From assembly GCF_037042905.1 (NCBI RefSeq), contig NC_087263.1, positions 11,224,001 to 11,288,000 of the forward strand: DNA of 64,000 nucleotides, in the 5' to 3' direction. The position numbers and the translations under genes were made by a program. The DNA is from Lytechinus pictus (lineage: Eukaryota). Below, piece after piece: positions 1 to 13,170 of this stretch (position 1 is the first letter of the stretch; every line of letters starts with the position of its first letter). The notes below the pieces were generated by a model that did not search any database, had not been told where the DNA came from, and saw only the letters and a program-made list of their open reading frames with translations.

Positions 1-74
1 AAATCGAACGTAGGCAACCGACTCTTTTTGCGGGGGGGGGGGGGGGGTTCTAGTACACAAAACATACTGCTTCA

Positions 75-255
75 AGTATTACTGGTATTACGATTACTAC
101 CACTACTGTTTATTCTAACCGTTATTATTAGTAGTAGTAGTAGTAGTGGTAGTAGTAGCAGTAGTAGTAGTAGTATTTTTATAATTATTACTATTATAAT
201 CATTCCTGTTATTATCATTATTATTATTATTGAGATTATTATTGAAATGATTATC
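75..255. repeat. (TAG)n/(ATT)n microsatellite
   Basis: Direct inspection. Confidence 0.95.
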
Positions 256-639
256 GCCAAGATTTTTCAGTTCATGTACGAACGTTTTTTCTACTGTAAA
301 CTAATATTAAAATAAAAATCTTGTTCCTGTGACCTGCCTGACTAATACCGCTTTCAGTAGCTCGCTGGTCCAGACCAGCTCCGGGCTAAGTCGTAACATT
401 TTAAATTTATGAATGCCGCGTGCTAAATAGCTCGAGCCAGATCGGTGCTATTTTGACACTGTTATTGGCAACACCAGACCAGCGCCATCCCTTATTTGCC
501 CGAGTATGTGAACGGGTGATCGTTAAAGTAGCGCGGCTGTGCTATGTATTTACTGAACGCTTGTGGTGTGGAATATTTTTGTGCGAACCTGGTGCAGACC
601 AAAGAATCAAGAGTTACTTAAAACGGTATGATACTAATG

Positions 640-977
640 ATATACATAATATAGGATTTATATAGCGCACGTATCCACTTTAGGTTCTCAAGGTGCTCAT
701 ATAATTACCCCGGCTAAGCTATCCACGTATCCACTTTAGGTGCTCAAGGTGCTCATATAATTACCCCGGCTAAGCTAGTCTACCGATTCTGGTGCGCACA
801 GCTTTTTAAGGTATTACTTACTGCCGGTACCAATTTACCTCACCTGGGTTGAGTGCAGCACAATGTGCATGATGTGGGTAAATTTCTTGCTGAAGGAAAA
901 CACGCCATAACTGGGAATCGAATGCACTTCCCTCAGATTGAAAGACGAGAGTCTTAACCACTAGACCACGACGTCCC
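640..977 (-). mobile_element. tRNA-derived SINE, family A, with an internal ~57-bp tandem duplication
   Basis: tRNA-like head with A/B boxes on the minus strand; core CTCACCTGGGTTGAGTGCAGCACA shared with copies at about 12465, 33085 and 46230; GCGCTATATAAAT tail. Confidence 0.85.
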
Positions 978-2022
978 ATTTACTCTCTCCATCATTAATA
1001 ATTCAGGCTTAATGATTTCAGTAGGCGTAAGCCATTCGCGTGCCTTTTTTAAACTACATCGTAAAATGTCGACTATGGATTAAGGAAGAGTCTTAAATAT
1101 AATATGTTTTAGCCAAGTCTATCACATCATTTTTTTTTCTTGAATATAAATTTTATCACATCATCATGTTCATTACAATGAATCGAACATTAATTTGCCA
1201 ACTCTAACTGCTAATTCGCAAGGTTTATTTGATATTTTTATGTTTTGTAGGATATTCAGGTATAAAAGTGGTTTGATCGATCCTTTTCAGCCACCCTTCT
1301 CATAATTCTAGACTCTTCTTTCATCCTTAGTCGATATTTTACGCTGTAGTTTAAAAAAGGCACGCGAACGGCTTACGCCTACTGAAAACATTGAGCCTGA
1401 ATTATTAATTGCAGAGAGAATCAATGGCTTCTTCTTCTGTTCTGATGGAAATGGAAAAAAGATACATGTAGAGAAATAGACATGGGAGAGGGAGAGGGAA
1501 AGATAGAGAAAGGGGGGGGGGAGATTGAGAGAGGGTGTGGGGAGAAATAGAGGATAATAAAGGGGGGGGGGGCAGACAGAGGAAGATAGCAAGTTGTTTA
1601 TTAGTGAACGAGGGACGGTTGGGAAACGCATTGGGGATGGGTAACATTCATGCGGGAATTTTGATTATGGAACGCTTTATACTAGTGGGAATCATAGTCA
1701 TTATTAAACATGATCTTAGAATCCACACATTTTATACACATTTCATGTACTAATTTCTGCAGCACTTTTCACAAACACATTAACAAAGAAAATACAATAA
1801 TAATACTCGTGATAAATTAAATGACAAGCAAATAATTGAACAAAATTGCATTTTCTATTACATATCGATATTTAGAAGGTTGCTTGGTTAGAAGCACATT
1901 GTCTTTTTTAACGTATTGAGATGAAAACATTCTTTTTTCTTCTTCTTCTTCAAAAAGTCTTTCGTCTGTCGACCTTTCAATCCTCTCCCCATGCCCCTGC
2001 CTGGTTCCAGTATCCTCCGAAG

Positions 2023-2232
2023 CAGTGACGGATCCAGGGAAGGGCACATCCGACCCCCCCCCCCACAAAAATATCTTTAATACATTTTAGGGGATGTGTC
2101 ATGCATATGTAAGTCAAGTGAGGACTTTAAAAAAATTTGGTTTGTCAAATTTTCCCTTAAACAAAATGTTTTTTGCCTGCCATTTTTTCCTGTACAATCA
2201 TGCTCCCCTTAAAAATCCTGGATCCGCCCCTG
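2023..2232. mobile_element. hAT-type MITE (degenerate 8-bp duplication)
   Basis: cagtgacggatccagg...cctggatccgcccctg; flanks ctccgaag / ccccgagg. Confidence 0.8.
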
Positions 2233-3230
2233 CCCCGAGGGCACGTTATGGTGCATCTTGAAGTAGTAATCATATAAGTAGCAATGTTTTATTATCATTA
2301 GATTTTCCGCAAACCTGCTTTGTTCAATGAAAATTAAGTATCCTGGTCGAAAAACATTTGAGGTTTTCACATGCCAAATCTATAGAACGAATATTGAGAA
2401 TGGGGGAGAATCGGACTGCTCACTTCACTCGCTCAAAATTACATTACTTTCCTCTTTTAATTAATTGCTTTAATTCTTCAAGACGGCCAAGGCTAACATT
2501 GCATTTATGCAATGATGCTATTGTAGGCTGACTGTATACACACAGTCATATGGCCCTTCGTAAACTTACATTTGCCTATTCCTAATATTTTTTCTATTGA
2601 ATTCATTAAATATGAAACCTTTTGTCCTTGACTTTGATGCTTGAATAATATTCAGCACCATTCTCTTGTTACAAACACTAAATGTATACCTTAACAAGTG
2701 AATTTTAATTTGCAATGATAACCAGAGGCAACTACAGAACTTAATGTACTCTCCAATGTTCAAGTCCCCTCGCGACAGATGTCGTAGAGTCGAATGTTGT
2801 GATTGGGGAGATAAAATGTCACCCATAAATTGCACGCCGACGATTTTCCTGACATATTGAAGAGGTCACGCCGAACTGCAACAGTTGGTAGCGAGGAACA
2901 TGCTTTTGATACGGGAGCAGCCACCCCTTTGCCGGCCACGCGCAGGCAATTTATTGCCGCTCTTTGGTTGCCGGTGCGTACGTGCGGGTTGAAATGTCTT
3001 TACTAACGATTACACTCAGCTCTGCACCCCTTGGAAACATAAAGATACACACTGCCTTCGCGCACAAACGCACTTTTTAAAACGCGCACACTTCTACACA
3101 TCTGTCATTAAGATCTAAAATAAAGGTTATTAAAAAGACAAAAAGAAATATGATGAACATGCTACATGAATAAAGTGTAACCGCCCTAAAATATGTACAA
3201 ATGGGAAAGAAATGAGGTAAAAATACATGA

Positions 3231-3298
<68 letters not shown>

Positions 3299-4275
3299 TC
3301 AATGTGTTAGGGTATGAAAAGTATTATTATGTAGCAAAGACAATTAATCAATTAGTGGTTATTGGTCACTTTGTATAAAAGCTCCACAAAAATGTTTGTA
3401 AAAAAGCAAATTTATGAGCAGACGGTCTAAAAAAAAAAGCAAGTCGGAAATCTTAGACCATCCCCACCATAGCTCATGAAAAACCACCCTTTGTAATAAA
3501 CTATTTACAAGAAATCTGTTGGGGAGATTTTAAACATTTTGATTTGCAAAGCTTTGTTGCTTTTAGAATTAAAATGAAACCAACACAATTTTCATCAATC
3601 CGGATTAATCTATCGCACAAAGATCATTCGTTAACAAACCGTAATCATGGTAATGAGTGGTATTTGGAGGAAATAAATTCAGTTATGTTTGTTTTGTTGC
3701 AAGCCAGCAAAATCAATAAAGAGAAATCCCCTATAAAGTTTTTTCATTGTACAACATTTTTTGTAATTATCTTTTGATCAATTTCAACAAGGTACAACAT
3801 CAAACTGCTTGGCCTGCTGGCATCAACATTAGCTTAACAAGACGTGCACACAATGAATAGGCAAGATATGAACATAATAGAATATCAATCGACTGAAAGA
3901 AAGAATAATGCACAGAAACTATATTAAAACTAGCCACATAAATTATAATATATGGCTTTGTGACAGGGTTTTGTGAAGAAATAACGATCTTTGGATTAAT
4001 CCTATTCATGTAATTAACGACGGTGTATATGGGCGCATCCTCTTATATTTTGTATTTCACATGCTTTACTTGTATTGTGGGCCTCGATCCAATTATTGAT
4101 CTGAATTGTAGTCTTCATAAATCGGAGAGTATTTTATTTCATTTTTTCTCAGAGGGAGGGAGGGAGGGAGGGAATAATATTGCAAACAACACAGCCATGT
4201 CTCCGTAATGGCATGTTAAGACCTATCATAAAAAGGTATTCCTTTTAACCGAGTTTTTGTTGTGACGTCACTTAA

Positions 4276-4560
4276 CCCTATGTAGCCTAGGGCATTTTTA
4301 TCCCCTCCCCCTTAATATTTTCCGCGATTAATCTGTATTACGCAAAAAGATCGCCGCGTCGTTTCACGACTTATTTCCGTCAAGTCAAAATTCGCAAAGC
4401 AGGTATACGCAGTTCCTAATTTTCGCAACTTTTCGTAAGTGCATGTCAGACCAAAAATTGCTTAGAATATGATTTTATGTACAAATGTAACAAATCCAAT
4501 GCAAATTCTGTATGCAGCAAAAGATTTCAAAATGCTTCATTATTTTTTTTTTCATTGATT
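4276..4560 (+). mobile_element. piggyBac-like left end fragment
   Basis: TTAA|CCCT terminus followed by a CpG-rich subterminal region; truncated at the LINE fragment; no right end seen. Confidence 0.4.
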
Positions 4561-4574
4561 TAACATACGTTTCT

Positions 4575-5545
4575 ATCGATTATGTCAAATCTCCAGTATC
4601 GTTCATCAATTGTGGCGTCCCGCAGGGTTCTATTCTGGGACCTTTGTTATTTTTAGTATACATTAATGATATAGAAAATTCATCTCCCGTTCTTTCTTTC
4701 ATCTTATTCCCAAATGATACGAATATTCTGTTATCTCATACTAACTTACCACAATCGATAAATATAGTGAATTTAGAATTAAAGTTTCATCATTTTTTAA
4801 ACGATATAAGTTATCTTAAGAAATAAGTTAGCTTTACACAAGTAAAACTCATATTATGCATTTTCAATCATCTCATAGAAATGACAATTTTACACAATAT
4901 ATTATAACCGATAATGTGCCTTTAGATAAAAAAAGTTTACGTAAAATTCATTAGTATCACAATAGACAGGCATTTATCATGGACTCCGCACATAAGCAAC
5001 GTAACTTCCTCTATAGCTAAATTATTTGGAATACCTTATAAATTGAAAATTTTACCAGAGAAACTCTTGTTTTGATATATTATACATTAATTTTACCATA
5101 TATTCACTTCTGTAACCTCATTTGGGGGAATAGCTGCAAGACAAGGCTTTATCATATACTTTTACTGCAAAAGAAAGCGGTTAGAATTTGTTCCAAATCT
5201 GCATATCTTTCACATACAGACCCTCTTTTTATCGTCTCAAAATGTTTAAGATAAATGATATTACTACTCTACAAATAACACTTTTTAAGCATAAATATAA
5301 TTAAGACATCTTTCCTCCAGTATTCACGGATTTATTTTCATATAAAAGCAATTTACACTCATATCCAACAAGAACATGCAATAGTATTCACTTGAATAAT
5401 CCCAGGACACTATTTGCACATAAAGCACGTAGACATCATGGACCTGATATTTGGAACGCATTGCCAGATTCACACAATCAGACAATATTATTTTATTCCT
5501 TTAAACGAGCCATAAAAGAGGTGCAATTAAACCAATACCTAACAA
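4575..5545 (+). mobile_element. Decayed 5'-truncated CR1/L2-group LINE (RT and C-terminal region)
   Basis: CGVPQGSILGPLLFLVYINDI, degenerate FADD motif (FPNDTN), YYTLILPYIHFCNLIWG, LQKKAVR, WNALP; stops and frameshifts. Confidence 0.92.
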
Positions 5546-7367
5546 ATTAAACGTTTTTATTATTGTAATCATTATTATTTTAATGAGACATTGACTTTTG
5601 TCTAGCACATGACATATACATTAGCAAATAAAACAACAAAACTTATTATTCATAAATTTTCATTCTAAGGAGCAAGCATCACCTTCCCCCCAGTCCCTTG
5701 CACTTGCACGTTTTATGTCAGTAGATATAATTATTTTGGCTATTTTCCAGGGCTGTCATTTTTTCAAGCTTTGCTTTCGTGACGACCCTTGCAACCATCC
5801 TATTTATTGTGTAACAGAAAATACCACTTAAATTGTTTATTTATATATGATGTATTGGATGATTTATATACAAAATTATTGTTCATTATCTTGATGTCAA
5901 ATTTCAAATGTGTCCTTTCTTGACCAGATTTTTGTTATGAAAAATGTTGCAAAAACCAATAAATGAAAAAAAAAGAAAAAAACAAACAATATATTTCCAT
6001 TTACGACCAAAATAGTGTCATCGGCGATTATGTTTGGAAAAACAAGAAGTAAAAAAAATACAAAATACATTAGAATAAAAAATATATGAAATACATAGAA
6101 TATTTGGATATTGCCATTTTTTACAAATTCGATAAGAACCGTAATAGGGAGATCCAGGTCAATATCTACAGATTTACAGCCAACGTTAATTTCAGTAACC
6201 TCCGAAGCAAGCAACCTTCGATTCAGTGTGTGACCCAGTAACCCTCAGATTCAAGAAGGGCGAATCCAATATTTATTAAGGGGGACGGCAGAAGTTGAGG
6301 TTCATCTAGTTTGTTCTGCCTTTTTCAATATTTACAGTCAAGCAAGATTATAACAAACTTGGGGTGTAACTATTCCGCGAGAGTTAAAGGTACACTTGTT
6401 ATAATTTTTTTGTTTTTTTAACACACACAAAAAGAGGGAAAGGGGGAAAAAAAGGCTCTTATAAGTATATTGCCCTTTTCATGTTATTACTTACAAAATA
6501 GTTTTTTTCAAAAAAAAAACATGGGGGTGTTCTTATCGCAAAATAAAAGTAATTGTTGGAAATAATAGCATGTAATCGCATATAAACACCCCACACATTC
6601 ACAAAATATGATGTTATCAATAAATAAATTGGTAAACAAATAAATAGTTAATAAATAAGTAAATAAACAATAAGATGTGGCCAAATTTCTATCGTCGCTA
6701 CAGTTAAGGGACCCTTTTAAACACAGTAAAAAAAACATTCCACAACCATAAGTTCTAAATGGGGGCACATGTCCCTGCGCCCCCCGCATCCATCAGCGCA
6801 GGCAGTAAAGTGTGCTTGTCGCGAGCGGGTTCCCTACGCCATGCATGTATTAGCCACGCGTACCATAGACCCTTGGCGTGCTTACTTAGGTATATTTACA
6901 TTGCGATCAGACGCTAATTTTGACTGAGTGAGACCCTATTACTGTGATCAAAGATCAAGGACCATCGAGAAACATAACTGAACACTGGCAACTAATTTAC
7001 TATAAGTTTACAAAAGAGACGATCTTGAATTTGTACCTATGGATATACGGATGTGGTGTGGGCTGTCTTGTGGTATAACGTGTTATAATTTACGAGCCTA
7101 CAAAGTTGTATTAGACATGTTAGAGCGTACTAAATAAATACACAGTTATGTATATAAAATTGAATGAAAGGTGATATAAATGAAGAGGAATGAGAGAAAG
7201 AAAGAGAAGATAAGGAGAAAACGGAAGAACAAAGAGTGTAATATTCTTGTGATTTCAAGGCATTTTATTGGAAACATCTATTTAATATCATGTCTTGTAT
7301 CATTACAAAATAAATGTAAAATATGCACGATCAGTAACATCTTCACTAGGATTAACAAGTCTTTTCG

Positions 7368-7525
7368 GGGCTCCGTAACACAAAGATTAGCGATCAATCG
7401 CTTAATGAACTGACCAATCAAAATCAAGTTTACACGCGCATTTGGCGCCAAATACTGTCCAGGAACCAATCAGAAGTGTTATTTTATAATTGTTATTCAT
7501 CGCTAAGCTTTGTGTTACGGGGCCC
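7368..7525. mobile_element. Short GGG..CCC MITE
   Basis: ccgtaacacaaag...ctttgtgttacgg TIR; same family as 45704-45866. Confidence 0.85.
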
Positions 7526-9289
7526 AGGTCAAAATTGAATTGATTGATCGGCCATTTGTCGGTACGTTTAAATAAATTATTCATTTATTCATCTATTTAC
7601 TTATTTATTAACGTATACATTTATTTTGTTAGTTTGTCGTTTGTTTATTAATTCATTTTAGTTAGTTTGTTTTTCATTTATTTCGTTTCAACATTTTATT
7701 TCAATGGTAGAAACATCTAGGTCGGCGATTGCTGCAATAATGGTAATAAAAAGGGTTTGGCCGTTTTTGAGGCGGTCATATGTTTGGGTAAAAAATCTAT
7801 CCAAAATAGGGTTAAAGGAGAATAAAGATGCTGTGAAAAAGTAATGGCTTAATGCGGGAACTTTCAAGCATTACTGAGTAGGAGTAGTGTTATTTTTTAA
7901 TTAACCACCAAGCTTATTCCAGCATACCCGGTCACCCCATGATCAGCACCCTGGCATCGAATTGATGCGCATATATACACGTATATACGGACATTTGTTT
8001 GGTTTCGGTATGCTATATAATGATTTTCTTTTCGGGGTAAATATTATGAGGTTAAATTATCTGCGTTCCCGGATTTACGGTGTTTGCTTTACAATTCGAA
8101 AATGCTTCGCAACGAAACACGTATGAATTCCCCCTGACGGGTAGGCTTTATGATCCGAAAATTTTTCGTTATCTTTGCCTTGTACCAAAATCCCCGTTCT
8201 GATTAGGGCACTGCCGTAGCGTAGATCGAGTATCAGCAGTGGGAAGAGGTGCTGGGGTGGGTGATGGCATTCCATTGATATGAAAAAAAAAATGAATAAA
8301 AAAAAAATAGGGTCCCCCAATCAAAGTTATTTCATTTTGGTTCTTACGACACGCGAATAACGTTACTATATCTCACTTTTTGCAATGCCATATAAAAATA
8401 AAAGAAGTGTTATGCGGTCGAAACCTCATGCTTTCTTTGTGACATAATTACTGAATTCAATTGGGTTTAATACCCCACTAATATCAAAGTGTGAGCGATC
8501 GAAGCGAGAGATCGCATTATCGGTAGTTGGGAGATCGCACCGTGTCCAATCATTCGTTTAAGGGTTGTACGTACATCAGAAATGGGGAAAGTGATACAAT
8601 AATAACTAAATCTAATAGTGCAAGCAAGTGTATTGAGCTAGCCTTTAAACATTGTTTTAGTTGTTAAAAATAACGTGCACAGAATAAGAGGATAAGAAGG
8701 GAATGATATTTTTCCTCAAATTATTTAAAATAGGAGACCATTATAAAACAAGGTAGAAATGGAAGAAATGGGGGAAAAGAGTCACGAAATAAATGGTCCA
8801 TGGTACTGTATCATGCCCCTACTTAGCCGAGAGAATAAATGAAGTAGCCATATTGACGCCATTATTTGTTATCTACCCCCCCCCCCTCCTCCCCTCCGTT
8901 AAGCTATGCATTGTTACATTTTATAATGAAACAAGTATATATTCAAACTGTACTTTGTTTTAATTTTAAATTGTTTACCGCATCCTAGACAAGCCTAGGC
9001 ATAGGTATTTTTGTTTGAAATACATAAATACCGATAAATGTGATTTGGTATTTTCCATTTGGCTGGCTTTTTGTCTTCCATCATTCTAATCCATCTCCCC
9101 GAGTTTCAAAGCATCCCTTGACACCAAACTATCAAGGTTATCGATGAGAAATCAAATTCCCACGCTCCCAACGCCATCTGGCTGATGTTTTAGTGAGAAA
9201 AACTGGTGGGAAATTAAAAATCAACTAGTCGTATTTTCTTGAAAAGAGGGGTGAAAAATATAAGAGAAAAAAGGGGGAGCGAAGCCATA

Positions 9290-9470
9290 AAGCCGTAACG
9301 GTCCGCTCATATTCTGCTCGGTAGAGACTACGTGACAATGCGCGCACGTGTCCACTAGTTCGTTTGTAGAGATCACGCATGCACGCACACATATCGTTTT
9401 AAGGTTTGCTGAAAAGAGCTAGCCCGTAATAATTTTCTAGAGATGTCGCCCAGCGGAGATTTTTCCGGGT
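9290..9470. promoter_or_regulatory. Promoter-like CpG-rich patch
   Basis: TGCGCGCACGTG (E-box overlapping an NRF1-like site), CGCATGCACGC, local CpG enrichment in unique sequence. Confidence 0.3.
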
Positions 9471-9533
9471 TGTTTGTTTGGATTATGAAATGACAATTTA
9501 ATGCACTTCATGGTGTTTCTGTTGACAAGCTAG

Positions 9534-9605
9534 ATGGATAATGTCGTAATCCTCCATGAAATGGATGATGCCGACTTTGAGATGTCGAAAACAACAGCGA
9601 CTACT
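9534..9605 (+). CDS. Candidate first coding exon (MDNVVILHEMDDADFEMSKTTATT) of an unidentified gene
   Basis: Follows a promoter-like CpG cluster (9290-9470) and ends at ACT|GTAAGA. No downstream exon could be assigned. Confidence 0.2.
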
Positions 9606-9619
9606 GTAAGATAGAACCA

Positions 9620-9901
9620 GGGCCCCCATCTTACATAGAGTTTCGATTGATCCAATCAAACTCATTTATATGGAAATCCATCAGCATCATAGTTTTTTCT
9701 CCAGGAAATGTTTACAATGTCCATTGTAAACAAATAGAAGCACACTGAATTTTCAAGAAAACATTGATTGTATGAAATACATCATATCTAAAAAATGTTT
9801 TAAACATGCATGTATATATGTCCATTTTAGATGTTGACGTTGCTGGCTTTCCATAGTTGCAGTTGATCGGATCAATCGGAACTCTTTGTGAGACGAGGCC
9901 C
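9620..9901. mobile_element. GGGCC..GGCCC MITE with CAG-like flanks
   Basis: catcttacatagagtttcgattgatccaatcaa versus ttgatcggatcaatcggaactctttgtgagacg. Confidence 0.8.
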
Positions 9902-10274
9902 AGGTACACATACAATGCGATCCGCGTCAGGATTATTTCATTATTATCATTTTCATTAATGCCGATCTTTTCCCATTTTACGGACGTGCTGATACAAAGG
10001 TCCAATTTAGTGAAACAAGTGCATTATTTGCTCACGTGAAGTCATGGTAATGATAAGTAAATCCATACAGACAGTAAGGCGTAGAAATGAAATGAGACTG
10101 AGATCCTCGTGATGGAACGTCGTATACATTATGATGCAAAATAATATAACCATGCATGATGGCGAACGCATTTCAACATTTATCGTGTATTAAAGATGAA
10201 CAAGAGTAGCAATTCTATGTTTCTGGAACTATAGTGATTGATCTATGACCATGATGTGTTATAAGAGAAAACAA

Positions 10275-10540
10275 TGTTGGCTCAGTCTTTAAAACGTGTG
10301 ACTGTCGAACCAGAGGCCATGGGTTCGAGTCCATCCCGGGTGGAAGACTGAAGCCGGCTGCGTTGTATGCAAGGCTCCCTTGTTCCATAGATGCAGGCTA
10401 TGGTACAGTGACAACACCCCGTCCCTCAGATAGGACGTTAAATTGATGCCCCGTGTAGAGGAGAGTCTCCATGTACCTCTGCACGTTAAGAACCCACTGC
10501 ACTATTCGTATACGAGTAGGGGAAACCACGGTGACGGTGC
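10275..10540 (+). mobile_element. tRNA-derived SINE with Deu-domain-like central region (DeuSINE)
   Basis: A box TGGCTCAGT, B box GGTTCGAGTCC, then ggacgttaaa...gcacgttaagaacccactgcactattcg...gagtagggg...cggtg, which resembles the conserved Deu domain as I recall it. Confidence 0.7.
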
Positions 10541-10769
10541 ATATCATTCATTCATTAATTTATTTCGTTTATTTCATTTTTCTTTCCTTTTTATTCGTTC
10601 CATCCCTCCACCCTCCTTTTCTTTCTCCAATCAACTATATATGGCGATTCATATGTAGTTAAATATAAATATTTGTACTTTAATATTCAAATTTCAGTTT
10701 GATGTTTATCTTATTTGTTTCCGGCAGTGTAAGGAATTTATTTGACCATAAGATACTTTCAAATTCTGT

Positions 10770-10850
10770 GCTCTGACGCCAGTCCCATACCTCTCATCTA
10801 AAGAAAAAGTGGTGATCCCGCAAGGGTCTGTGCTCGGTCCACAATACCTC
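10770..10850 (+). mobile_element. Tiny LINE RT fragment
   Basis: VIPQGSVLGP motif. Confidence 0.5.
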
Positions 10851-12464
10851 TTGTCATATGGTCTTTCGCTGCCCGTTACTCATCCTATGTACAGGCCGAG
10901 GTATAGGATATTGCAATATAGGCCCTACATAAAAATACGTTTCCACAACCACACACACACACACCCTAATTGTCTTTCACATATACACGCGCACACACAC
11001 CTATAAGCGTACACGCCCCTTTTATTTTCCCAAAATGTCATTTCAAAACAATACATCCATAAAATTCATACAGACAAGTGAATGTCAATGATTTCTATAC
11101 TGGTTCACATATGTGACAGTGCATGATGACAATCCGCCAAAATACTAACATAAATTTACAAATAATGGTAATTAATCGTAGCTAGCCAGAGTGCATCATG
11201 CTTCATATTGAACAGTTTATACTTTCTAAAAAATGTATTTCAATTCGTCATATTTCCTTTGTAGGACGATATTTATGATATTGTTTACTCTGAAAATCGA
11301 AATAAAATCTGACATATGTATACATATACATACATATATATATATATATATACATATAATATAATCACGAATGTTAACGGTGTCAATTGTACCGAGGTGG
11401 CATTGTGGATAACAACCGTCGTGCAAAGCTCGCAATAAGCAATGAAGTTTACGATGTCGTAAGAAGCTTTAGAAAAAAAACATGCACGATCATCGGCCTC
11501 TATACGTTGTTGATGAGATTGGGGGAGGAGTGGCTTGATTGTTACGGACATCGTAAACGCATCGTTAAGGCATCTTGAAATGACAAAGGTATAACACAAT
11601 GCACTTTAGATCGGACATCATAAAGAATCAATCCTCAAGGCTAGTTTACATCGAAGTAAAGTTGTGGAATAGAGACTGCACTTCCAGTAAGATTTTTTTT
11701 TTTTTTGGTTTGAAGTAAATACCTTCGCTGCATTAGTTTACGCTGAATGCTTCGGTAGGGAAGTTGTATTCTCTCTCCGACAATTCTTTCAGATTTCTCT
11801 ACGGGGCACGCGACCGATAACAAAGAACTCTCACAACAGAACAGCGAGACGGAACGTACAAATACACAAGAGCCACGCATGACATTATGCCATTCTCTTT
11901 CTTCTCTTTCTCTTATTTGCTAGGGCAAGGTGGATAATAAAAGTTTGTGAAGTGTTGGGAGCTCGAATTGGAGCGATGGAGTGGGGGAACCTTCGGCCTC
12001 CCAGACAGTGTGGCGCCGATTTTCCACGGTCTCGCCCTCTCGAAGAGTTAGCATGTTAAATACTCATGGTCTAATTGATTGGTGTACTCTACGCAGCTCA
12101 AGCATGATGTCATGGCCTGTTATCAAACCTTAGACTAAAGAAAAACCATGGCTCGAAAAAGAGCTAAGATTTTTTTTTCTTATTAACCATGGACCTATAG
12201 GTCCAGGGATTAACTAACTCACACTGGTGACATAATACTACAAACCATATATAATATTTTCTGCTGATGGCTGTGCAGCATATAAGTAGACTCTGCTCAC
12301 AAGAGAAACAGGTATCTGATGATAGGCATATACCAATGTTGGTTTATTGTAATGCTGCTGCTGGTGGTGATGAGAGTAATGGTGATGATGATGGTGGTGC
12401 ATGGTCGTGATGACGATAAAATAAATACAAATGATGATAATACTAATAATTATGATGTATTATT

Positions 12465-12662
12465 GTGTGGGTTTGAATCCTAGCCATGTTTTCATTCAGC
12501 AAGAAATTTATACACACTGTGTTGCACTTGACTCAGGCGAGGTGAATGGGAATCCGGCAGGTTTAATTCCTTGCATGCACTGAGCGCCGATGATGGTAAC
12601 TCGAACTAAAGCCGGGGTAATAACAGCTAGTGCTTTGTATCCTCAGGCAAAAGGCGCTATGG
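12465..12662 (+). mobile_element. tRNA-derived SINE, family A (5'-truncated)
   Basis: B box GGTTTGAATCC, then cagcaagaaatt...tgcacttgactcaggcgaggtgaatggg...gccggggtaata, the reverse complement of the other copies. Confidence 0.8.
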
Positions 12663-13020
12663 CTGCTTCTGTAGCTGCCACTACTACTACTACTATTACT
12701 ATTTCTTCTTCTTCTTCCTCTTCTTCTTCTTCTTCTGCTGCTGCTGCTGCTCTAATACTACTACTAATGTATACGTGTGCAACTGATACTACTGCCACTA
12801 ATCCTTCTTTTAATACGAGTTCTACTACTGCTGCTACTTCTACTCCTGCTTTGGCTACCCCCTCTACTCTTGCTGATGCTTCTGTGACTGCCACTACCAT
12901 TACGCGTAGTACCTGTACCACTGCCTCCCCTGCTACTTCCACCTCTACCTCTACTCTCCTTCTACTGTAGATGCTGCTTCTATGAATGACACTTCCCCTA
13001 CTAATCATACTGCTGCTGAA
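12663..13020. repeat. Degenerate (CTA)/(CTT)/(CTG)n microsatellite
   Basis: Direct inspection. Confidence 0.9.
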
Positions 13021-13170
13021 CTGGAAGAGCGTTTTGCAAAGTTTGTTTGATTCTTTTTTTTTCTTTTCATTATATATTTAAGTTATGTATCCAATCGATT
13101 TCCTGTCTTAAACATGAGTTCTTAGCTGAGACCATAATAAACTTAAGTATAAGTCATAGTTCTCTTCTTA

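Noticed and set aside
28..315. ORFs rich in poly-S/I/L/T/N (also 12590-13008, 37352-37669, 45851-46191, 25845-26359, 53331-53777, 58145-58516)
   Set aside because: They are translations of microsatellites or purine/pyrimidine tracts, with no domain or splice support.
4512..5254. RT-like ORFs as a functional reverse transcriptase or retron-type system
   Set aside because: Catalytic motif is mutated (FPND), with frameshifts and 5' truncation; an ordinary dead LINE.
11285..12050. Possible exon(s) in a CpG-richer stretch
   Set aside because: Only weak splice signals and unrecognisable translations.
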